DNA of 63,596 nt, filler included, from Kipferlia bialata (lineage: Eukaryota), in the NCBI GenBank assembly GCA_003568945.1. It is 3 parts of 3 records of this genome, joined end to end, with 100 filler letters (N's around TTAATTAATTAA, not from the genome) between each part and the next. Parts side by side here need not be neighbours in the genome. Positions count along the whole stretch, not along the records: positions 1 to 29,607 come from BDIP01000133.1; 2 more parts are not named here. One strand, written 5' to 3'. The notes under the pieces were generated by a model. It had not been told where the DNA came from, did not search any database, and saw only the letters and a program-made list of their open reading frames with translations. Numbering within the stretch: position 1 is the stretch's first letter; the number at the start of each line of letters is the position of its first letter. Positions 12,765 through 25,118 of the stretch are shown here, one piece after another. The position numbers and the translations under genes are program-made.

Positions 12765-15700
12765 ACACCACACTTGGCCCCTAGAGTGCTTGATGTCATC
12801 CTATTAGACTGTGAGAGTAACCCCCCCATGTTCCTCTCTCTCTCTCTCTCTCTTCTAACACTTAGGGTGCTAGATGTCATCCTGCTTGACTGTGAGAGTT
12901 CCACCCCCACCCCCCTCATCCCTTTCTTCTCTGTATATATGTACCTATGTACATATACCATGATGCTCACCCCAGAGTGCTAGATGTCATCCTGCTTGAC
13001 TGTGAGAGTGACAGGGCCAGGGAGACAGGGGGAAGACAGCAGAGCTTAATGAGTCTCGTGGTGAACAGGTATATATATATGTGTGTGTGTGTGTGAGTGA
13101 GTGTCTATATATATATATATATATGTATGTTTGTATATGTATAGAGAGAGTGACAGGGCCAGGGAGACAGGGGGAGGCAGAATAGTCTAATGAGTCTGGT
13201 GGTCAATAGGTATGTATGTATGTATATATACTAGTATATATATGTATATTTATAGAGAGAGGGGGAAGACAGGGAGTCAGAGCAGTCTGATGAGCCTAGT
13301 CGTGAACAGGTAACACCATTGTACTACACAGAGGCATTCATCGTAATGAAATGAGTATGTATTTATTGCATTCCATTATCCAGTCATATTTCTTTGTTAT
13401 AACCCCAGGTCCCGTTTCCTCCGGACTGTGCTCCGCCCCTTCATCAGCCACAGACTGCTGCCACTACTGACACCTGACACATACAGTAACAGGTGTGGAG
13501 TATGTAGGATGTATATATATTATGAGCGTACACTATTATGAGTATACTCACCTTTGCACGCAGTCCAGTCAGGACATGATTCTCTCTCTCTATGTATGAA
13601 TATATACTTTCATCTTCTTCACCTTACCCCTAGGGACAGTATAGTCCACTTAGTCCAATCATGCCTTGTGTCCCATGCTGACACCCCACCCTATCTACTG
13701 GCAGCGGCATCGTCAATGGCAGAGGGGCCTGACTGGAGGTGAGCATGTATATCATGTATATTATATGAGATATATTTGTATGTGTTTGTACATAATATAC
13801 CTACTGGCAGCGGCATCATCAATGGCAGAGGGACCGGATTGGAGGTACATATATATGGGTGTATTAGTATAAGAGTGTATTAGTGTATATACTATATTCT
13901 CTGTCTACTGGCAGCGGCATCGTCAATGGCAGAGGGACCAGACTGGAGGTGTATACATGCATATGTATATGTATATATATATGTATTTCCCTTTGTCACT
14001 GGTGCAGTCTCCAGACCTCTATTACCTCTGTATTGATAGGAGTGTCAATGTATATCATTGTATTTATATACTTATATGTCTATGTATCTCACACCTAGGG
14101 AGAGACTGTCAGTCACTGTGGCTGTCTCCAGACTATGTACTATCTCTCTCTCTCTCTCTATATATATATATTCATATATAGTATATATAGATATCACTGT
14201 CCACATGTACTTACTATCAGAGAGAGACTGTCTGTGACTGTTGCTGTGTCCAGACTCTGTGCTGCCAACACTAGACTGGACGCAAATGGGGCACTGCTAT
14301 GCGCATATGCACTGAGGTATATATATGTATAAGTGGATATGAACAATACATAGTATTTACTGTACTGGATGCAAATGGGGCACTGCTATGCGCTTACGCG
14401 CTAAGGTATATATATATAGAGAGAGAGATATTTGTTTTAATTAATTAGTACATTAGTACATAGAGTATGTGTATTTGTTCAGTATTTACTAGACTGGACG
14501 CAAATGGGGCACTCCTTTGCGCTTACGCATTAAGGTACTCTATGCCTGTGTAGCCATACACTTATTCACCAATATATTGATAAGTGTCCTCTAATCCCCA
14601 AGGTCCCTGAGCCGTGACCGGTCTGACTATATTTGTATACATGTATTTACAAATATAATAGTATACATATACAATAGATGTATATATATATATACACTTA
14701 ACCCCCAGGTCCCTGAGCCGTGACCGCTCTGACTATGTGGCCAACCATGCCAGTATGGCATTTGGCACATTCCAGGTGTGTATGTGTTTGTATTGGTATA
14801 TACATATATATATGTATTCTTATATATACGTTTAGACATATAGATATAGTATATGACTATGTGGCCAACCATGCATCAATGGCATTCGGGACATTCCAGA
14901 TATGTATATATGTAGATGTATACACACCTTCGGATGTATAAGTATTAAATATATTGTAGTATATATGGAAGGTAACTCTGTATCTCTTTATGACTATGTG
15001 GCCAACCATGCATCAATGGCATTTGGGACATTCCAGGTACATACACTAAAGAATGTATATACGTATAGTTACATATTATATAGATTTATAGATAGAGAGA
15101 TAGTATCAACCATGCCAGCATGTTAATTAGCACATCCTGGCACATGTATGTTTGTATTTATTCTTTTATAGACTCACAGTATCGTGCTTACTTATGTATC
15201 TTACCCCCAGGGTGTGGATGGTGACTCCACCCTCATGACCAGAAGGGTCATGCTATATATATATACACATATACTATGTATTATACATAGTATTGTATAT
15301 ACTAATTCATATATATATTACTCACACTTAGGGTGTGGATGGTGACTCCACCCTCATGACCAGAAGGGTCATGCTATACATATATACCATATACATTATA
15401 CTAATTAATGTATAATACTGGTATATTCATCCTTAGTATATTCAATATACTTTATTGTCTCTATATAACTGACACTTAGGGTGTGGATGGTGACTCCACC
15501 CTCATGACCAGAAGGGGCATGCTATATATATATACACATATACTATGTATTATACATACTATTGTATATACTAATTCATTGTATTCCTTACCCTCAGGGC
15601 GTGGATGGTGACTCCACCCTCATGACCAGAAGGGTCATGCGGAACCTGGTGGTGCCCATCCTTACGCGGTACGCCTCTGTCTCTCTCTGTATATATACGT

Positions 15701-15849
15701 GTACGTATATATAGATATACATATATACATATATAGACTTTAGTCCCTTTCTGGTCGTGTGTCTATACGCAATCTCTCTCTCTCTCTCTCTCTCTACCCC
15801 CTTTACTCACCCCAGTGTGCTTGGACGTGCCGAGAGTGGGGATGTTACA

Positions 15850-15889
<40 letters not shown>

Positions 15890-17068
15890 TCCCTCCTCCT
15901 CCCTACCCTCTATCCCCTTTACCCACCCCAGTGTGCTTGGCCGTGCAGAGAGTGGGGATGTGACTGAGAGTGAGCTGAGGATGAGGAGCGTACTCCTGAA
16001 GCAGCTGACAGGGATACCCAGGGAGAGGGTGAATGGGGGATTGGAGGTATGGAGCTCATTGCCATATATGTATGTGTACTGTACATCTTACTCTATTATG
16101 CCACTGCACCTTGTCCTCAGATTACCATACAATGATATTGGATTTGCTACGTCTAACTATGAGGTCCCCCTTCACCTTGTGTCCAAGCTGCTGTCCCTGG
16201 CCATGTCCCCCTATGAGGCAGGGGTGGACACAGACGAGGAGGAGTGGCCACTGAAGGTATATAGAGTATATATATGTGTACATATGTATGTAGTATTCTC
16301 ACCCTCCAGGTCAACATTGGGTGTCTGGCCCTGACCTGTGTGGGGCACCTGTACACACCAGGTAGGAGAGGGTATATATATATATATACATATGTATATA
16401 TATATACATTCTACTATAGTTTCACTATACCATACTCTATATACTCTCTGTGTCTGTATTGTGTATGTGTAGTGTATCACTAACCCCCAGCCAATGCCGC
16501 AGACAATAGACACGATGATTCTATCTCTCTATTTATGATCATACTGCATACCCTCAGTGTCTCACCCCCAGCCAATGCCGCAGAGAATAGGCCCGACGTG
16601 TCTAAGAGAGTTCTTATATAGATGCTCAACACACTTCATAGCACATTGGATAGGTACTATACAATGTATATATACACTATTATATACTATTGTGTATATA
16701 TATACATGATTGAGGCTGGGAGGGACAGGGATGTCATATCATTCGACACAATGCTCAACACGATGCACAGCACTCTGGACAGGTGGGAATATGTAGATGT
16801 CTATTCTCAATACTGAACCCATACGTGTGTATTCATGCATAGTGTATATATTGTATGGTGTATTTACCTGCTGACTACACCTCAGACACCTTCTCTCTCT
16901 CTATCTTCCATAAACACTAGCAGCTAACTACTGTTTACCCCTAGGCTGCAGCGTGTTGCCCCCAGACACCCGGCCCTGAGGAGTGCACTCATTGATGGGT
17001 ATGGAAATTCAGTACATATATATATGAGACTTCTTAAATAGGGGTGGATGTAGTTACTATATATATTG

Positions 17069-17120
<52 letters not shown>

Positions 17121-17224
17121 ATAACTAACCCTAGGTACTCCCGCTGCTGTTCTCTGACTGCCATGGCAGAGGGGATGGACAGGCAGGGGCAGAAGCAGGC
17201 AAGGAGATATATATAGTGTGCATG

Positions 17225-17260
<36 letters not shown>

Positions 17261-20200
17261 TGATGATGATGTGGTATGGCAGAGGGGATGGACAGACAGG
17301 GGCAGAAGCAGGTACAGTTATAGGCATAGTACCAGTTTATGTATTATTGTGTTATACTCACCCTCAGATCTCTGTGTACAAGGCTGTCTGGGCCTCCTCT
17401 GTCATTGGTGTCTATATACACATATATGTACTATATACCATAGATACCATACATAATGAAAGTAAATATATAATTCACTCTCCTTTACCCTAACTCTACA
17501 GATATCCGTCTACAAGGCTGTCTGGGCCTCCTCTGTCATCGGTGTATATATACATGTATAGTCATACATATTAATATATATTAATACTACAATCCCTCTT
17601 CACTTTAGTATGCTGTAAATATATGCATTCTAACCATTAGATCTCTGTCTACAAGGCTGTCTGGGCCTCCTCTGTCATCGGTGTATAGATGAACTATATA
17701 CTATATATACTATATGTACTATATATACTGTATGTATTCTCTACCATACACTAACGCTCCAGATATCAGTGTACAAGGCTGTCTGGGCCTCCTCTGTCAT
17801 TGGTGTATATAGTCATATGTATATACTATATATACTGTATATACTGTATATATACTCTACAATACTCTAACCCCATAGATATCCGTGTACAAGGCCGTTT
17901 GGGCCTCCTCTGTCATCGGGGTGTGTATGAGTCTACTAGACCCAGCAGACAGGGACAGACACGACACAGTGTGAGTGTATATATATATATATATGTATAT
18001 GTGTATAGTACATAGATTATATGTGTATATATAGTAGACTATATATGTGTGTCTGTATGAGTCTACTAGACCCAGCAGACAGGGACAGACACGACACAGT
18101 GTACGTATATGTTATATCTATTCTCACACATACACACACACACTCTCTATATATATATTTGTATAACCACTAACACACAGGTACATATCCGGCCTATCCT
18201 CCGCTCTGTCTGTCCTGCCAAGTCTCTTCCTCTCTCTCTCTCTCATATAACCCTTAGGTATATATCCGGTCTCTCCTCCGCTCTTTCCGTGCTTCCAAGT
18301 GCCGTTGGTCACTTTGTGTCACACTTCGGATCCAGTCAGCAGTACGTATACTCTCTTCTATAAATATATATTTTCTTTTTCATATAAATAGATGATATGT
18401 ACTTGGATTTGGGTAACTTCGTACCACCTTGTGTCTCCTCCCTTCAGTCTCTCTCTGTCTCTCTCCCACTCTACACCCCTACCCACACAGGTGTGTGTCC
18501 ACTGTCTCCTCCTATCAGTCTCCCTCTCTCTCTCTCTCTCCCTACATCTACACCCTTAATCCCAGGTGTGTGTCCACTGTCTCCTCCTATCAGTCTCCCT
18601 CTCTCTCTCTCTCTCTCCCTCTACACCCTTATCCACAGGTGTGTGTCCACTGTCTCCTCCTATCAGTCTCTCTCTCTCTCTCTCTCCCNNNNNNNNNNNN
18701 NNNNNNNNNNNNNNNNNNNNNNNNNNNNCTCTCTCTCTCTCCCCTTCTACCCCCTACCCACACAGGTGTGTGTCCACTGTCTCTTCTCTTCAGGACAGCC
18801 TGGTGGCATATGCACTCAACAGAAACATGGACTTTGGCAGTAGGTACATATGTGTATACATAAACTATATGTATATATACTATAGCCCTAAAGCCAATGA
18901 CTTTCGGGACTTTAGGAAACAGGTATGGAGTGTACATATTTTTGAACATATCTACTCCTATGCTTCTCTCTCTTACACCAGGGAGTGCGTTGCCTCTGTC
19001 CTCCGGTCCCTGTCCCTATAGTCTAATAGTGTACTATACACCTTGACACAACGACTCTCATGACTTTATTTAGACTCTTATGACTATACTTACCCCAGGG
19101 AGTGTGTTGCCTCTGTCCTCCGGTCCCTCTCTCTCTCCCACTCTCGGTACATGTTCAGAGCACATGTTGATAAGGGGACAGAGGGGGCACTAGGTATCCA
19201 AATTTCATAAGCTCTCATATATATTTGGTATAGGTGTGTATGTAAGTATGGTACATGTTCAGAGCACACGTGGACAAGGGGGCAGAGGGTACACTAGGTG
19301 TGAATACAATATATTATCGTATATACATCTAGTATATGACATATAACTTGTATAATAATATATATTGTATATGTTCAGAGCACATGTCGACAAGGGGGCA
19401 GAGGGAGGTCTAGGTACCTATCTGTCTATATATGTATATATATGTGTGTGTGAGAGTCTATACATGATATATATATATAGTACATGTTCAGAGCACACGT
19501 GGACAAGGGGGCAGAGGGTGCTCTAGGTGTGAGTATATACATTAATATACACATGTATATACATACCAAGAGATATATATATTTGGTACATGTTCAGAGC
19601 ACATGTAGATAAGGGTACGGACGGTACACTACATGTATGTATCCAGTTATCTGTGAGATAATCCACCCTTACACCTAGGCCTGGATGATGAGTCTTCTTC
19701 TGACTCTGAGAATCTCTCTCTCTCTCTCTCAATACATTTTAGTATACATACACATATACTCTTACACCTAGGCCTGGATGACGAGTCTTCCTCTGACTCT
19801 GAGCCAGAGGATGAGCTGGAGAGAGAGGCCCTGCTGTTCTGCTGGTCAAGGGTGCTGAAGGCCTATAGGTACTACATATATGTGTGTGTATATATATATA
19901 CTATTATTATTAGTAACAAAATAGAGAGGCACTCCTGTTCTGCTGGTCAAGGGTATTGAAGGCATACAGGTACGGATATACCACATCTACAGAATGTACT
20001 TAATGCCTTTCTCTTTTCATATACTCTGACCCCCAGGGACCTGTCCACTCTGGCCCTTACCCCTGTCTCTCCCTATCTCTCTCTCTCTCTCTCCCTCTCT
20101 CTCTCTTACCCCCAGGGACCTGTCCACTCTCTACGGAGTCCCTACTGATTCACCTAAGGATGTATCTGGATGAATATATGTATTTTATACCTCTTACCCC

Positions 20201-23200
20201 CAGGGACCTGTCCACTCTGTCTGGCCTGTCTGCTGACACTGGTCTACAGGTGGGAAATAGTATTTGTATATGTGTGTGCGTATATATATAGAGTACTCAT
20301 TGGTACATGTAGTATGGCCTGTCTGCTGACACGGGACTGCAGGTGGGGAATTTGCAGTATGGATAGATGTATATATATATAGATAGATACAGTACTCATG
20401 GGTGGATAGAGTACGGACTGTCTGCTGACACGGGGCTGCAGGTGAGGGATAGTGTATGTTGTCGTTATAGAATAGTATTGAAGAAATTTATATGTGTCTG
20501 CTGACAGTGACTGGGCTGCAGGTGAGCATATATTTATACATATTATGAATGTCTCTTATATATCCTTACACCCAGGCCGACCTCCAGACATATGTCCTGT
20601 CCCAGCTGTCCACATATCTTCTCTCTCTCTCTCCCCCTCCCTCTCTCTCTCTCTCTCCCTCTATCTCCCCCTCTGACTCTAGGCCGATCTCCAGACCTAT
20701 GTGCTGTCCCAGCTGTCCACCGGTCTGTGTGACAGACCAGGGGATGTATTGAGTGCATGTGTATACGGGGGACCTAGCGATAGGTACATGTGATCAGTAT
20801 ACTCTGTGATCCCTCTGATCATGAGCCACTTCCTCACCCTCCTTCCCTCTCCCACTCTGTGTTGTGTATGTATCTTCCTTCTTACCCCCTAGGTCATACC
20901 CCCCTCTCACTATGCGCCACTTCCTCACCCTCCTCCGTGACCTTGTGTCCTCTACACAGCAGAGCCATAGGCCCTATGAGTCTGACATCCACTCTGTCAT
21001 ACACCACATCGTGGCAGAGACAGTCAGGGGGTTGACTGAGGTAGTGTANNNNNNNNNNNNNNNNNNNNNNNNNNNNNNNNNNNNNNNNNNNNNNNNNAGT
21101 GTATGTAGTGTATATCTACAACTGTGTATATAGTATTAGTATGTATATCCACTCTGGCATACACCATATAGTGGCAGAGACAGTCAGAGGGTTGACTGAG
21201 GTGTGTTAATGTATGTGTTAATACATACTCTTCTTCCACCAACCTCAATGCCTCTACCCAGCACATCTTACACTACTTCCCTGCAAGGATCTTTGTATTA
21301 CTATACATGTATATATCCTCCACTCATTACCCCCGGTCTTTGCCCAGCCTATCCTATCTCCCTACATGAATATGAGTGCACTATTGAATTAATTGTGTGT
21401 ATGTATGTCTTTCTATTATGTATTGGTACTCCTACTGACCCCCAGGCCTTCACCCAGCCCATCCTGCCACCCACGGCACCTGAGGCATTGGCAGGTACAG
21501 ATGTGTATAGATAGACCCTATACTGTATGTACAATGTATCCAGTAGTTGTGTAGATACTATATATATTTGTAGTATAGTTATTGACATATGCCCCCCACT
21601 GCACCTGAGGCACTGGCAGGTACATTATTACATGGATACTATATGCTATCTATCTACGTAAAGAGTGGTATATAATTGTCTATTCCCGAGCACTAGCAAA
21701 TATAGTGATGATGTCCATTGTGTATATATATATATATATATATATACTTATCCAACCCCCAGGCTGTGTTGATCTCCTCTCCTACTGCGTGTGTCATGGT
21801 CTGTCCTTTATCATTGCTGTTGATGCCAAGTATATACATATGAGTGTACTACCATCCTAACCCATAGGTTGCGTCGATCTCTTATCCTACTGTGTGGTCC
21901 ACGGCCTATCCTTTGTGATAGCTGTTGATGCCAAGTCAGCAGAGGGGGAGAGAGAGAGCAAGAGGGGCAAGAGGGGTAAGGGTAGAAGGGGTGCACAGGC
22001 TGAGAGAGAGACTGCCATCGTGCCACTGGTCTGTGACCTCATGTTACAGGTACATACAAACATACACATATATTGTACTTGTAGATATATGTACTATGCT
22101 GTGTATACTCTACTTGATATATACTGCCATTGTGCCACTGGTCTGTGACCTCATGTTACAGGTATAGATGTATATATATACATATGTATATACTATATTA
22201 ACTGTATTTACTATACTGTATATACTATTCTATACTGCCATTGTGCCACTGGTCTGTGACCTCATGCTGCAGGTATGGGCATATATATATTTACATGTTG
22301 TGTGTATACATACTATACTGTATACCCTATTAGTAGATACTGCCATTTTGCCACTTGTCTGTGATCTGATGTTACAGGTGGGTCTATACTATATATGTGT
22401 ATAGAGACTGTATTACATGTTCTCCTTCAGGCGTGCATATACACATTTGTATTGAATATAGAGTATATACTAACACCTCAGGTCAATAGTTATGCCACCT
22501 CCAAGACCGATGCCACATACTATCAACATATTGTCTGTATAAGGCATATATATCTATGTACTATATATATATACGCTAATGTCAGGTCAACTCCTATGCC
22601 ACCTCCAAGACCGATGCCACATACTATACTCTCTCTTCGTGTTAAGTGTTTCATTGTATACATGTATGTACTGATCTCTAGGTCAACTCCTATACCACCT
22701 CCAGGACCGATGCGACATATCATTATACATGTATGTATACTTACAAGTATACATGTATATACTGATCTCTAGGTCAACTCCTATGCCACCTCCAAGACCG
22801 ATGCCACTGAACTCATTACCTATATGTCATGTATCTATCTGTATCTGGATATATACTATTATACAAGTTTATACTAATCTCTAGGTCAACTCCTATGCCA
22901 CCTCCAAGACCGATGCCACTGAACTGCCAGTGGGGGACTTGATATGCTGTGGGCAGGTGAGGGATACTATATATATACATGTATATATACATATGCTGTG
23001 GGCAGGTATGTAGCCTACCTATAGATGGGGACCTCATATGCTGTGGTATATGTAATGGTATATTCATATAGTTAGTGTATATAATTGTATATAGATGCCA
23101 CTGAACTGCCAGTGGGGGACCTCATATGCTGTGGGCAGGTACGTGTATGATGCTTGTATAGGAGTGTTATATGGGTGTATTGGTATATTCATATAGTTAG

Positions 23201-24883
23201 TATATATATATATGTCACTGAACTGCCAGTCGGGGACTTGATATGCTGTGGACAGGTGTGTAGCATACCTATAGATGCTTGCAAGTGTATCTGATGTAGT
23301 AATCCATATAAATAGTATATATGTTTAGTGTGTATAATGTATTCACATTTGACGGAACTGCTAGTGGGGGACTTGATATGCTGTGGACAGGTACGTGTAT
23401 GGTGCTTGTATAGGAGTGGTATAGATATGTATATATATATATATATATATATAGTTAGTGTATATATATATATATATATATATATGCCTCTGATCTGCTA
23501 GTGGGGGACCTGATATGCAGTGGGCAGGTGAGTATCTGATAGTTGTACAGGAGTGGTGTACACATGTATATATTACCTCTTGTACTGTGGGCAGGTACTG
23601 ACTACTAATACGTGTATATTCACACGACCATAAGCATATCTTCACAGACTAAACTATCTATGGGAGATCTCGTATGCTGTGGGCAGGAAAGGGGTAGATG
23701 TATATATATAGATAATTACATATAGATTTCGATACCTTCACACCTCATAACAGGTCCATAACATTGCCACCCATGTCTCCTGTTTTATCATGTAACTCCC
23801 TTTCTCTCTGTTTATGTATATGTACACAAATTCCCTCACTTCTAGGCCCTCGACATCGCTGCCCATGTCTCCTGTCTCACCATGCTCCCAGTACTCTCAA
23901 CCGCCAACACTCCCAATGGAGAGAGGAGGGTAGTGTGTGAGGCCAACCCCAAGCATGCCTCGCCCCTACAGTCCCCATGCTCATCTCTCCTGTCCTCCTT
24001 ACTGTCACCCTCCAGCCTACCGTACACACCACTATTCCTCAGGTAGATACCATATTCACTTTGTATATACTATTTTGACATGCTCATCACTATGCCAACC
24101 AGCCTACCATACACACCACTATTCCTAAGGTGTGTATGCTATGCTCTGCTTTGTATTTATGTGTGTTCATGAATCCTATTCTCTCTGCTGTCACCATCTA
24201 GTCTGTCCTCTCTCTCTCTCTCTGAGTGAGAATTACGGTGTTGTATTTGCGTGATATTCAATTTCTACACGATAGCGTCTCACCCTCAGGGGTGTAGGTG
24301 GTGGCTGCATCCAGCGTCTGTGTGTCAATCTGAATGTCAGACCCCATGCCACTGTCCAACTTGTACTAGACGCTGTACTAGGGTCTTTGAACTCAGGTAG
24401 ATATACACATATACATATAGATATATTGACTATCCATGTTCTAACCCCAGGCAATGCGTGGCATGCCGAGACCCCACCCGCTGAGGTGCATGACGTGTAT
24501 GCAGCACTTGGGGAGGGAGGTATGGGAGATATGTATATATATATGTATATGCATAATATGTATCTCACCCCCAGGTGCCCAGGGTGCCCTGTGCATGGCA
24601 TCCCTATTGGACGTGATCAGGTATGGGTTGGGTATATATATATATGATTATAGTCTTATAGTCGTTGGTAGATGCAAGGATGCATATGTCTATACGTATA
24701 TAGTACATATATATCCCTGTGCATGGCATCCCTATTGGACATGATCAGGTATGGATATGATGTGTGTACATATGTGTTATTACATACAGATATACATATC
24801 CAGTTATCTCTCCCTCACCCCCAGGCTGTGGGTCGAGGCCCCCACCGATGCCGATGTCACAGTCGATGCATTCTTCACTGGTA

Positions 24884-24930
<47 letters not shown>

Positions 24931-25085
24931 AGTATGAATATGTATGGTTGCATTTTGTACATGTATACTTCACCGATGCAGACGTCACGGTGGATGCATT
25001 CTTCACAGGTGTGTTGTAATATATAATATATAATATATTGCACCCTATTCATATACGTATATTTCTATCTATTGGCTATTTTCTC

Positions 25086-25118
<33 letters not shown>

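Noticed and set aside
16619..16621. TAG reassigned to Gln (hexamitid-type genetic code)
   Set aside because: Long exons elsewhere have no in-frame TAA/TAG, and several genes appear to end in TAG or TAA.
17368..17970. Dscam-style mutually exclusive exons
   Set aside because: The copies are truncated halves encoding the same peptide, and the matching 3' halves lack acceptors, so no full alternative exons exist.
18886..18922. Extra exon PKANDFRDFRKQ
   Set aside because: Its inclusion breaks the frame; exon end 18843 splices in phase directly to 19099. It may be a heavily decayed echo.
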